A program made the position numbers and the translations under genes. From positions 3,697-67,696 of the forward strand of contig JAGTQX010000004.1 of NCBI GenBank assembly GCA_018396675.1: 64,000 nt of DNA, given 5' to 3'. Numbering within the stretch: the stretch's first letter is position 1; each line of letters opens with the position of its first letter. The notes under the pieces are model-generated. The model had not been told where the DNA came from. It did not search any database and was given only the letters and a program-made list of their open reading frames with translations. This document shows positions 1-9,493 of this stretch, piece after piece. Source of the stretch: Candidatus Bathyarchaeota archaeon. GTDB lineage: Archaea > Thermoproteota > Bathyarchaeia > Bathyarchaeales > Bathycorpusculaceae.

Positions 1-746
1 AGTGGCAAACGGTCTATAAAGCCAACAGTGTCCGTTAAAAGAAACTTTTTCTTTGCAAATTTCACAAGCCGAGTTGTCGTTGAAAGAGTCGTGAAAAGAG
101 CATCGTCAACAGGAACCTCTTCCTCTGTGAGCGCGGCGAAAAGCGAGCTTTTTCCAGCATTGGTGTATCCAGCCAAAGAAATCATCGGAAACCCAAGCTC
201 GGTTCTTCTTTCACGGTGCAAAACCCGTTTCCTTCGTATTTTCTTAAGTTTCTCGTTTATTGTCTGTATCTGTCGTTTTACAGTTTCATAGTAAACGTCA
301 ACCTCGTAGGCGCCCAGCCCCATAAATCCTGGTTGTTCACCCATTTTAGCCAGTCTAACTTTCTCTTTTGCACGTGCCAACTCGTATTTGAGTTTAGCTA
401 ATTGAATTTGCAGTTTTGCTTCTGTTGTTGTAGCTCTCTTAACGAATATTTCTAGGATTAGTTGGAAACGGTCTATCGCCTCTACGCCTGTTTCTTTCGC
501 AATGTTGTAGGATTGAACGGGCTTTAATGGATTATCGAAGATTATCTTCTCCGCACCAGTTTCTCTTACAAGCTCTGCGAGTTCTCTGATCTTCCCGTAC
601 CCGATTTGGTAACGAGGGTCTGGCGATCGCACTTGTTCTATCTTACCTACTACGGTGTAGCCCGCTGACTCGGCTAGGCTTTTAAGTTCGTCAAGTGTCG
701 TCGGTTCAAAAGATCTTCGCCGCTGGACAATTACTGCTTTCGTTAA
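1..746 (-). CDS. hflX: GTPase HflX (3' end runs off the window; start codon uncertain)
   Basis: Not in the ORF track. Manual minus-strand translation gives LTKAVIVQRR...LDELKSLAESAGYTVVG...GEQPGFMGLGAYEV...AGYTNAGKSS (G1)...LFTTLSTTTR (G2)...DTVGFIDRLP (G3). Confidence 0.95.
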
Positions 747-1276
747 CTTTTCTCCTCCGCTTTTCCCTTGTCCAGTTTAATTAGGTCTCCGAGAGTTAAT
801 TCACGATTTGAAGTCTTTGGAACTGCCGCTTTCGGAACCTTTTCCTCTGATGGTGGAACGAGAAGCTTAATCTTCAACGCGTGCTCAAGTTTAGCCGCAA
901 GCCTATCGTCAGGCTTAATCTTCCTTGTCTCAATTTTTTTGAGAACAGAAACCTTCTCGTTTATTTTTTTGCCCAAATCTTCGTGAGTTAAGCCCATTTT
1001 CTCTCTTGCCAGTCTTATTTTCACATCAAAATCTTCAACAAGCTCCAACTCGTTTTCCACAGTTTTGTGCTGAGCTGCAACGCCTTGAGGTTTTATCACT
1101 GGCTTTGGCATGGTTTTCGCGGCGGCAGGTTCTGAAAGCTTGTGTTTTTGTTTTGGTTCTTCCCAGATTATTGTTCCATGCTTTGCGCATTCGCTGCACA
1201 CTGTCAGTTTTGCTCCTTCAATCATTGCTCTCGTGGGTTTGCCGTAGATTTTTCTTCCACAAACTTCGCAGCGCAA
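743..1276 (-). CDS. mbf1: Archaeal multiprotein bridging factor 1 (aMBF1)
   Basis: N-terminal Zn ribbon CEVCG...CSEC, Cro-like HTH (IRLAREKMGLTHEDLGKKINEK) and C-terminal TLGD motif. Confidence 0.95.
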   Translation of the reverse strand: MRCEVCGRKIYGKPTRAMIEGAKLTVCSECAKHGTIIWEEPKQKHKLSEPAAAKTMPKPVIKPQGVAAQHKTVENELELVEDFDVKIRLAREKMGLTHEDLGKKINEKVSVLKKIETRKIKPDDRLAAKLEHALKIKLLVPPSEEKVPKAAVPKTSNRELTLGDLIKLDKGKAEEKS

Positions 1277-1372
1277 TTTTTTTGGGCGCTCCTTTAAACT
1301 CTTTTAATAGATGATGTGCGGTTATGTTTATAGTTGTCGAAACATTCAGTTGCTTGGTTCACGGTGATATGC

Positions 1373-1855
1373 TTGGAAGACGCGTTTAGGCGAATCAGAA
1401 GCGTTGCAGATTACCAGTTTGGAAAAGGCGTAGGCGAAAAACTGTTTCCAGAAAACGTTAAAATAGCCTACTCCAAGAGGACTGGCAGAATACGTTATGT
1501 CTACTTGGACAAGAAGAGACTTGCCACTCTTCGTCCAACAGATGGGTTCTTCTCTTTAAGCATAGAAGGCGCTAAAAGAATTGTTGAAAACCACGCTCAA
1601 GCTAGATGCCTTGTCGTGATTAAAAATGACGTTGCAAAATTTGTCGCTGACGGCGGCGATGTTTTCGCTGTGCATGTTGTTAGAGCTGACAGTGAAATTC
1701 GTCCCAGAGACGAGGTTATAGTTGTTAACGAGAACGGCGGGGTTCTGGCTGTTGGACGGGCTGTTTTGTCTGGCGAAGAGATGACTGCCTTCAAAAGCGG
1801 AGTAGCCGTAAAGGTTAGACATGGTTGTGTAGAAGTTAAGTATAAGAAGTCATAG
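1373..1855 (+). CDS. Stand-alone pre-PUA/PUA-domain protein (resembles the C-terminal part of archaeosine tRNA-guanine transglycosylase)
   Basis: ADYQFG...SKRTGRIR...G-DVFA-HV...IRPRDEVIVV...AVGRA...AVKVRHG. TTG start chosen after GGTGAT SD. Confidence 0.85.
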   Translation: MEDAFRRIRSVADYQFGKGVGEKLFPENVKIAYSKRTGRIRYVYLDKKRLATLRPTDGFFSLSIEGAKRIVENHAQARCLVVIKNDVAKFVADGGDVFAVHVVRADSEIRPRDEVIVVNENGGVLAVGRAVLSGEEMTAFKSGVAVKVRHGCVEVKYKKS

Positions 1856-1883
1856 TTCTAGCATTTAGTGGAGAGGAAGACAG

Positions 1884-2237
1884 TTGATGCGTAGACGAGT
1901 AAACCCACGCGAAGCAAAAAGAATGATGCAACGAATGGGCTTAAGCATGGACGCTGTGCAAGATGTGGAACAGGTGACCATAAAAACTAGCAGAAAAGAA
2001 ATTGTTATAGAAAAACCAGAAGTCGCCGTAATTGACATCCAAGGACAAAAAATGTTTCAGGTAACTGGTGGAAAAATAACAGAGAAAACTGTTGAACAAA
2101 GGTTAACAATACCAGAAGAAGACGTTAGACTTGTCGCCGACCAAACAGGCAGAAGCATAGAAGAAGCAAGAAAAGCCCTAGAAGAATGCGATGGCGACTT
2201 GGCAAAAGCGATACTTCTTCTTCAATCCAAAATTTAA
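1884..2237 (+). CDS. nac: Nascent polypeptide-associated complex protein (aeNAC)
   Basis: NPREAKRMMQRMG NAC domain plus C-terminal UBA-like EEDVRLVADQTG...GDLAKAILLL. Confidence 0.95.
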   Translation: MMRRRVNPREAKRMMQRMGLSMDAVQDVEQVTIKTSRKEIVIEKPEVAVIDIQGQKMFQVTGGKITEKTVEQRLTIPEEDVRLVADQTGRSIEEARKALEECDGDLAKAILLLQSKI

Positions 2238-2260
2238 CATGCCGCCAAGAGGTTGAACAA

Positions 2261-3175
2261 TTGTTCGACATTGCTTCGGTGGGACATTTCTGCATAGACT
2301 CAATATTTTTGCCGAAAAAACAGACACCCTACATAATCCTTGGCGGTTCAGTCACTTACGTCTCTTTTTCAGCTAAACGTTTAGGGGCGAACGTTGCCAT
2401 AATTTCCAAGATTGGCGGAGACTTCCCAGAAGCCTATCTATGGTGGCTTAGCCAAGAGGGAATAAATCTTTCAGGTGTCAAGAGAGTCGCGGAAGAAAAA
2501 ACAACACGCTTCGAACTCAAATATGATGATACCTTTTGCAATCGGAAACTGCGACTGACAAGCAAGACTGCGCCAATAATGGTTGAAGACTTGCCGAACG
2601 CTTTAGAGGCTAAAATTGTTCACTTGGCTCCAGTGGCCAACGAAGTTTCATACGAGATTGCGGAAAGACTGAAAAAATGCGCGGGAGTGTTATCGCTTGA
2701 TCCTCAAGGGATCGTGCGTGTTTTCGACGAGAACGGGGGTGTTTCCAACGGTGCGCTAATGGATAAGCGTATACTGGAGCTTGTTAATGTTTACAAGTCT
2801 TCACTGGAAGAAATTGAGGCGGTTACTGGCGAGTCAGAGTTGAAATCAGCCGTAAAGGCTGTTCACTCCTTCGGTGTTGAAACGGTCATAGTGACTTTAG
2901 GAATGAAGGGCGCGGTTCTTTCAGTCGACGAAACATTATATGAGATTCCAGCCTACACGTCGAACGAACTTGTCGACCCGACAGGTGCAGGAGACGCGTT
3001 TATTGGAGGCTTTTTAGCGGAATACCTTCGTGGTGAAGATGCTTTATGGTGTGCATGTGTCGGTTCCGCTGCAGCTTCAACGGTTGTTGAGGGCGTAGGC
3101 CCAACAGTTTTCGGTAATGGAGCTGAAATTTATCGAAGGGCGAATGTGCTTTATGGAAAAGAAATTAAGCATTGA
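2261..3175 (+). CDS. PfkB/ribokinase-family carbohydrate or nucleoside kinase
   Basis: N-terminal GH..D and LGGS, C-terminal DPTGAGDAFIGG signature. TTG start after GAGGT. Confidence 0.9.
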   Translation: MFDIASVGHFCIDSIFLPKKQTPYIILGGSVTYVSFSAKRLGANVAIISKIGGDFPEAYLWWLSQEGINLSGVKRVAEEKTTRFELKYDDTFCNRKLRLTSKTAPIMVEDLPNALEAKIVHLAPVANEVSYEIAERLKKCAGVLSLDPQGIVRVFDENGGVSNGALMDKRILELVNVYKSSLEEIEAVTGESELKSAVKAVHSFGVETVIVTLGMKGAVLSVDETLYEIPAYTSNELVDPTGAGDAFIGGFLAEYLRGEDALWCACVGSAAASTVVEGVGPTVFGNGAEIYRRANVLYGKEIKH

Positions 3176-3228
3176 AGCGTATGTATTCATTTAAACCTTA
3201 AAATAGTAGCCTATTCGTGTGGTGTTGA

Positions 3229-3444
3229 ATGTTGGGACGTGTTGCTAAAGGCGTGAAATGTAACGTGTCTGGATGTGGTAAAGAGGCAAAACGCTCTCTT
3301 TCAGCGGATAAAGTTAGACTTGCTGGTTTAAGCGTGGGCAGTGGCGAAAAACGCGCTTATCTTTGTGAAAGCCATTATAAAGAATTTAAAAAGCGAACCA
3401 AGAAGGATAGGAAAATTGAGCAGTGGCGGTATAAGGGAGTGTAA
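3229..3444 (+). CDS. Small basic putative Zn-finger protein (Cx4C...Cx2H)
   Basis: KCNVSGC...YLCESHY and a Lys/Arg-rich tail; directly upstream of thrS. Confidence 0.75.
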   Translation: MLGRVAKGVKCNVSGCGKEAKRSLSADKVRLAGLSVGSGEKRAYLCESHYKEFKKRTKKDRKIEQWRYKGV

Positions 3445-3473
3445 AATCTAGCATAAAGGGAGATTGAGCGAAA

Positions 3474-5342
3474 ATGCGAATACTCCAGCTGCATTCTAAT
3501 TATATTGAGTATAAACCCATACAGAAAGAAATCACCATGGCAGAAGAAGCTGAAAAAGAGGCAAAACGCCTAGAAGAAATTGTCGTCCTCTTCACAGCTA
3601 TAGAGGAAGGCGACAACGAGGCGACAGCGCGCAAAGCCATAGACGAAGTTTGCGCCTTTCTTGAAAAATTAAAAGTTAACCGCATCCTCATATACCCATA
3701 CGCACACTTAAGCAGCAACCTTGCAAAACCTTCAGAAGCATTAAAAATCGTTAAAAGTATGGAGGCACACGCAAAAGATAAGGGCATAGAAACATACCGC
3801 GCACCATTCGGATGGAACAAACAGTTCACGATATCGATAAAGGGACACCCGCTTGCGGAGCAGTCACGTGTTATTCAACCAACCGAAACAAAGGAAGAAA
3901 AAACCGAAAAAGTTTCAGAGGCTTTAAAAGCGGAAGAGAAACTGGAATCCTTCTGGTACATTCTCCAACCAGACGGCAAAATGGTTCCAGTGGAAGAATT
4001 CGACTTCCAGGGTCACGAAAATCTTGAGAAATTCGCCAAATATGAAATTTCAAAAGTTAGAGCAAGCCAACAGATGCCGCCTCACGTGCCTCTAATGAAA
4101 AGACTAGAAATAGCGGATTACGAGACTGGAAGCGACCCTGGAAACATCCGCTGGTACCCGAAAGGCAGACTAATAAAATCACTCATTGAACAATACGTCA
4201 CAGCCAAAGTCATAGAATACGGCGCCATGGAAGTGGAAACTCCAGTTATGTATGATTTTCACCATCCAAGCCTAGCTGATTACCTGAACCGTTTCCCAGC
4301 TAGACAATATATTCTCAAATCGGAGGATAAGGAGCTTTTCCTAAGGTTCGCTGCATGCTTTGGACAGTTTCTAATGGTTCACGACACCCAGTTCTCGTAC
4401 AAAAACATGCCCTTAAGAGTCTACGAGTTAACCCGCTACAGCTTCAGACGGGAAAAAAGCGGCGAAGTCGTTGGCTTAAGAAGACTTAGGGCTTTCACTA
4501 TGCCAGATTGCCACGCCTTCTGCACAGACCTTGAGCAAGCCAAAGAAGAGTTCATAACAAGGTTTAAACTATGCATCGAAGTCTTGGAAGAGCTTGGCCT
4601 ATCAAGAGAAGATTACGAGGCAGCTTTACGTTTCACAAAAGACTTCTACGAGGAAAACAAGAATTTTGTCGCCAGCTTAGCAAAAATCTTCGACAAACCG
4701 GTTTTAGCTGAAATGTGGAAGGAACCCTTCTTCTATTTTAGGCTAAAATGGGACTTCAATTTTGTAGACAATCAGAATAAGGCTGCGGCGCTTTCAACAG
4801 ACCAGATAGATGTGGAAAACGCGAAGAGATATGATATAACATACGTTGACGAAAAAGGCGAAAGAAAAAACCCGCTCATACTGCATTGTTCACCGAGCGG
4901 TGCGATTGAAAGATGCGTATATGCACTTTTAGAAAAAGCCTACAAACAACAGCAGAAGGGCGAACCGCCCATGCTTCCAGTTTGGCTTTCACCAACACAA
5001 GTTCGCATAATTCCAATGTCAGACAAACATGTTGAACACTGTGAAAAAATGGCAGAAACACTGGAAAAACAGCAGATACGCGTAGACATAGACGATAGAT
5101 CGCTAACGTTACAAAAGAGAATAAGAGAAGCTGAAATGGAATGGGTTCCATACATAATTGTCGTTGGAGAAAAGGAAGCCGCATCAGAAGTTCTTCCAGT
5201 TAGAGATAGAAAAGCAAGAGGAATACGCAAAATGAAACTCGAAGAATTAGCTAACGAAATCAAAAAACAAACTCAAGGTAAACCTTTCAAGCCGCTACCC
5301 TTGCCAAAGCACATTTCAAAAAGGCCGCAGTTCTACGGTTAA
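3474..5342 (+). CDS. thrS: Threonine--tRNA ligase, archaeal type with N-terminal editing domain
   Basis: MRILQLH...YPYAHLSS...APFGW editing domain, LRFAACFG, FRREKSGE, class II anticodon domain. Confidence 0.98.
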   Translation: MRILQLHSNYIEYKPIQKEITMAEEAEKEAKRLEEIVVLFTAIEEGDNEATARKAIDEVCAFLEKLKVNRILIYPYAHLSSNLAKPSEALKIVKSMEAHAKDKGIETYRAPFGWNKQFTISIKGHPLAEQSRVIQPTETKEEKTEKVSEALKAEEKLESFWYILQPDGKMVPVEEFDFQGHENLEKFAKYEISKVRASQQMPPHVPLMKRLEIADYETGSDPGNIRWYPKGRLIKSLIEQYVTAKVIEYGAMEVETPVMYDFHHPSLADYLNRFPARQYILKSEDKELFLRFAACFGQFLMVHDTQFSYKNMPLRVYELTRYSFRREKSGEVVGLRRLRAFTMPDCHAFCTDLEQAKEEFITRFKLCIEVLEELGLSREDYEAALRFTKDFYEENKNFVASLAKIFDKPVLAEMWKEPFFYFRLKWDFNFVDNQNKAAALSTDQIDVENAKRYDITYVDEKGERKNPLILHCSPSGAIERCVYALLEKAYKQQQKGEPPMLPVWLSPTQVRIIPMSDKHVEHCEKMAETLEKQQIRVDIDDRSLTLQKRIREAEMEWVPYIIVVGEKEAASEVLPVRDRKARGIRKMKLEELANEIKKQTQGKPFKPLPLPKHISKRPQFYG

Positions 5343-5423
5343 CCATGCAAAAATAACCGAGACTACCAAAACACATATCAACCCTAAAGAACAGAAAATT
5401 TTGTTCTCCGGAAGGGGAACATA

Positions 5424-6314
5424 TTGGATAAAGAACTTCTTGTCTATATCGACGGGGAATACTATCCAAAAACAAAAGCAAAAATTTCAGTTTATGACCA
5501 CGGACTTCTGTACGGCGACGGAGTCTTTGAAGGGATACGCGCATACAACGGTGTCGTATTCAAACTGAAGGAGCACATAGATCGACTTTACCGTTCAGCT
5601 CACGCAATAATGCTGCAAATCCCCTTAACAAAAGAACAAATGGCAAATATAGTCTTGGAAACGCTGCGCAAAAACCAGTTGAAAGACTCGTATATACGCC
5701 TAGTAGTTACAAGAGGTTATGGGGATTTAGGATTAGACCCTAGAAAATGCTCAAAGCCGACAATAATAGTGATAACAGACACAATATCACTGCATAAAAA
5801 TGAATCAAAAGAAAAAGGAATAACAGCAATGTTAACATGGGTTAAAAGAGACCCGGTTGACGCGACAAGCCACGAGATAAAATCGCTAAACTACTTGAAC
5901 AGCGTGCTTGCAAAGATAGAGGCAAACATCAGCGGCGCAGACGACGCGATATGCTTAGACAAAAACGGATTCGTATGCGAAGGCGTAGCTGAAAACATAT
6001 TCATAGTTAAAAATGGCAAAATATACACGCCTCCAAGCTACACAGGAGCGCTTCCAGGAATAACTGCCGAAACAATAAAAGAACTTGCCAAGCAACTAGG
6101 ATACGAGGTAATAGAGAAAAACATAACGCCATATGAGATTTTCACAGCTGATGAAGTATTTTTCACGGGAACAGCAGCGGAAGTAGTTCCAGTAAGAGAA
6201 ATAAACAAAAGACAGATAGGCGACGGAAAACCGGGAAAAATAACAAAAAGGCTTATGGAAGAATTCTTGAAAATCGTACAAGACCCTAGGCATGGTACTC
6301 CAATATACGGGTAG
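5424..6314 (+). CDS. ilvE: Branched-chain amino acid aminotransferase
   Basis: [24 protein letters not shown] (PLP lysine), [13 protein letters not shown]. Confidence 0.96.
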   Translation: MDKELLVYIDGEYYPKTKAKISVYDHGLLYGDGVFEGIRAYNGVVFKLKEHIDRLYRSAHAIMLQIPLTKEQMANIVLETLRKNQLKDSYIRLVVTRGYGDLGLDPRKCSKPTIIVITDTISLHKNESKEKGITAMLTWVKRDPVDATSHEIKSLNYLNSVLAKIEANISGADDAICLDKNGFVCEGVAENIFIVKNGKIYTPPSYTGALPGITAETIKELAKQLGYEVIEKNITPYEIFTADEVFFTGTAAEVVPVREINKRQIGDGKPGKITKRLMEEFLKIVQDPRHGTPIYG

Positions 6315-6328
6315 ACGCCAGCAGCAAA

Positions 6329-7546
6329 TCACCCATTCTTTTCCATAAACTGCTCAACCAAGTTAAAAGCCTCTTCAAGAGTCTCTATGGGCGGCAGGAA
6401 GACACCTCGAACATGGCCGGCACCGTAGAGCGGACAGAACCCGGAACCATGTACAAACAGCACGCCAGTCTCCTTCAACAACTCCAACACAAATTCGAGA
6501 TCCGTCTTCCACTTTAAGCCTACATCATGAATCTTTGGGAAAACATAAAATGCAGCTTCAGGTTTCGCGCAGCTTATACCCTTAATTTCGTTAAGTCTTT
6601 TCCATGAGTAATCCCTTCGTGTTTTAAGCTTCAAAACCAGCTCCTTAACATGGTCTTGCGGACCCCTCAAAGCTGCTACACCAGCTTTTTGAACTGGTGT
6701 GTTGGCGCAAATTCTTATTCTGGCTTCTTTTTCGACGCATTCCTTTAGCTTCTCAAGTTCCCCTCTCGGATCGTGGAAGTATATGTAGCCGAGTCTCCAG
6801 CCAGTCATCAGATGTGCTTTAGAAAAACCGTTCAATCCTATTACTGGAACATCTTTAGCAAGTTTGGCTGTACTGACAAACTTTTTCTCAAAAACAAGCT
6901 GGTCGTAAATCTCATCAGATATTACTGGAAGGTTATGCTCTGCAGCTAAATCCAAAATCTGCCTTAAGGTTTTCTCTTCGTAAAGCGCGCCACACGGATT
7001 ATTTGGATTAATAATAACGATTGCGCGCGTTTTATCTGAAATCTTTCTACGCAAATCGTCAATGTTAGGCTGCCATCCCTGCTCTTCAACAGTCTCGTAA
7101 GTGATCGGGGTGCCGCCGAAAAACTTCACATAGGAGATGTAAGGCGGATAAGTTGGGCCTGGAAGCAGAATTTCGTCTCCAAGGTCAACAATAGCAGCCA
7201 TGATCATTTGAATGGCTTCAGAAATGCCGGAGGTCACAATAACATCTTCGGCAGAAACTTCAACATCGTTTAATCGCTTTTCTTTCTCGCATATTGCTTG
7301 CCGAAGTTCGGGTAAACCTTCAGACGGGGAATAAGCGTTATCTCCACTTTTGACAGCCTCAACCAAAGCTTGTTTAACATGTTCTGGCGTGTCAAAGTCA
7401 AAAGCCACCGGATCCCCGATGTTCAAGTAATAAATTTTTTTACCAGATCGCGCAAGCGTCTTTGCGTGAACAATAACGTCGCGGATGGCATATTCAATAG
7501 TGCGAACCCTTTCAGTAACCTTTACATTAGTCAAGTTCAGCACCAC
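6329..7546 (-). CDS. Class I/II PLP aminotransferase, alanine aminotransferase-like
   Basis: EYAIRDV...LNIGDP...INPNNPCG...SDEIY...GFSK..LMTGWRLG; resembles Thermococcales AlaAT. Confidence 0.9.
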   Translation of the reverse strand: MVLNLTNVKVTERVRTIEYAIRDVIVHAKTLARSGKKIYYLNIGDPVAFDFDTPEHVKQALVEAVKSGDNAYSPSEGLPELRQAICEKEKRLNDVEVSAEDVIVTSGISEAIQMIMAAIVDLGDEILLPGPTYPPYISYVKFFGGTPITYETVEEQGWQPNIDDLRRKISDKTRAIVIINPNNPCGALYEEKTLRQILDLAAEHNLPVISDEIYDQLVFEKKFVSTAKLAKDVPVIGLNGFSKAHLMTGWRLGYIYFHDPRGELEKLKECVEKEARIRICANTPVQKAGVAALRGPQDHVKELVLKLKTRRDYSWKRLNEIKGISCAKPEAAFYVFPKIHDVGLKWKTDLEFVLELLKETGVLFVHGSGFCPLYGAGHVRGVFLPPIETLEEAFNLVEQFMEKNG

Positions 7547-7599
7547 TCTTCGAGAAGCAAGGGTTTCAACATTAAAAAAGATAAAGCTTGTGGAAGATT

Positions 7600-9327
7600 T
7601 TACGGAGGAACATGATAGGTTTCTGACGCTTCAACCAATTCAGCTGTAACCACAGTTACGATTATGTCCTTATCCTTGTACTGTTGACAGTTAAATGGAC
7701 AAAGCAACACTGCTTCGTCGCCGGGTTTAAGTGTCATCTGGTTTTCTGGAAACACGTATTCAAGAGGACTTGATAAACCTTGAACGGTGATTACCACTCT
7801 TGAAACTGTGAGATTCCACAAAGAATAATCCGAGCTTTTAATTGTTATGTTTAAGTATCCAGCAAATGTTGAACAGTCTATAGCGGTTATGCCGAGCTTT
7901 GCGACTGGAAGAACGAAGGAAAAGTTAAAGATGTACTCTTTTAATGAAGTGTTCGTTTTAACATAAACCGCTAAAGTCAGATTTCTACCGTGAACGTTGA
8001 TAAAGTCTGCCCAATCAAAGGTGCAGTTGAAAGTTTCGCTGTTGCCAGGAGACAATGCCGAGTATGGAAGTTGCGGGTTCACTTCTGTACCGTTTAACAC
8101 TTTTCCAGTCTCTTTTACCACAATTTTTGTGATGTTTATGCTCTCTATCGAAGATTCATGATTAAGAATCACCACGCTAAAATGGCCAGTGTTGCTTAAG
8201 TCGAAAACGCCAGTTTCATTCAAAATTTTGACAATCACCGGCTGCGGAGTCACCACTCTAAATGTGGTTGTTTGGAAATTCTGCAGGAAATACGCTACCA
8301 CGGTTAGGTTTTGTCCACGATACATTTTCCAGTTCCATTCAAACGTAAACGTTCGAGTTGAGTTCGGCATTATTCCAGCTGAACCACAGTCAAACGGAGA
8401 AAGTGCTGTACCGTTTCCAAGCGTGCACTCAATTTTTGTAACGTTCACGTATATAGCAGACTCTTCAGAGTTAGAAATGCTTACATTAAAGTGGCCAGTG
8501 TTTTCTTCATCGAAGGCAACATCTGAGATTATCACGCTGACGTTTGTCAACGCGATTTCTTTGTGAAAGATGTACCCTTGGCTAGTGTAAACTGCAATGT
8601 TCGTTTTCACAACTCCGTACCAGCTTCCGTTGAACATAAAGCAAACAGACTCGTTTCTAGGTATTGTTTTAGATTGCTCCTCCAAATCGGGGGACATCCC
8701 TGTGACATCTACACCTGGAACTATGATGCTGCCAACAGTTAAGTTAACTTCAGATGCCGGATTGTTTGCTAATGTAATATTAAATTTTCCAAAGTTGTTC
8801 GGGTTGAAATCCGCGGTTATAGTAAGTCCAACAAAAGGAAGACTTGCCTCAATGTTAGATGCCGCAGAATTTAACGACGAAGAAAAAACATGCACAACTA
8901 GAGTTTTGCCAGCGAAGTCATAACTGCCAATAAGCTCGCCCAGCGTAAAATTGACGCTGTCTTTCTTAACCTTAAAACACGTTATGTTTATTGATTCGCC
9001 GACAGGAACAACAATTCCGCCTTTAATAGATGGATCTGAATCAACAACATCGTAGAGTTGCGTTCCTTCCTTTAAACTGATTGCGATTCTAGAGATGTTT
9101 GCGTCCGCAGGGGAATATGATGGATTTAAAACGTTCACGGTGAATGATCGGATGTTTTCCTTGTCTATGTAGACGTTGTTTATTGTAAGTGAGGTTTTTT
9201 CTGGAAGTTTTGTATAATAAGCTATTGTAAACGCGTATGATATTATTCCACCTATTATTGCAGATACTATTATGAGAAGTATTATTACCAAGGTTGAAAG
9301 TGCTTTAACATTAGTTGATATTTGCAT
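7600..9327 (-). CDS. Large surface protein with class III (pilin-type) signal peptide and about five tandem beta-sandwich repeats
   Basis: ATG after GGTGAT. NVKA|LSTLVIILLIIVSAIIGG fits [KR][GA][ALIFQMVED][ILMVTAS] plus a hydrophobic helix. Internal repeats and many N-x-S/T sequons. Confidence 0.75.
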   Translation of the reverse strand: MQISTNVKALSTLVIILLIIVSAIIGGIISYAFTIAYYTKLPEKTSLTINNVYIDKENIRSFTVNVLNPSYSPADANISRIAISLKEGTQLYDVVDSDPSIKGGIVVPVGESINITCFKVKKDSVNFTLGELIGSYDFAGKTLVVHVFSSSLNSAASNIEASLPFVGLTITADFNPNNFGKFNITLANNPASEVNLTVGSIIVPGVDVTGMSPDLEEQSKTIPRNESVCFMFNGSWYGVVKTNIAVYTSQGYIFHKEIALTNVSVIISDVAFDEENTGHFNVSISNSEESAIYVNVTKIECTLGNGTALSPFDCGSAGIMPNSTRTFTFEWNWKMYRGQNLTVVAYFLQNFQTTTFRVVTPQPVIVKILNETGVFDLSNTGHFSVVILNHESSIESINITKIVVKETGKVLNGTEVNPQLPYSALSPGNSETFNCTFDWADFINVHGRNLTLAVYVKTNTSLKEYIFNFSFVLPVAKLGITAIDCSTFAGYLNITIKSSDYSLWNLTVSRVVITVQGLSSPLEYVFPENQMTLKPGDEAVLLCPFNCQQYKDKDIIVTVVTAELVEASETYHVPP

Positions 9328-9493
9328 GAGTCTATCACCAAATGCTCTGCCAGTTTTATGTTGATAAGTTCTTTGAAATAGATAAATATTCCCTTCAGAA
9401 TTATCTCTCAAAAAATCTGCTTCTTCAGCGGGGTAAACCTTATAATATTGGTTGGCATGCTTTTAGACTCTGTAACCATTGAGGGATCCCAAC

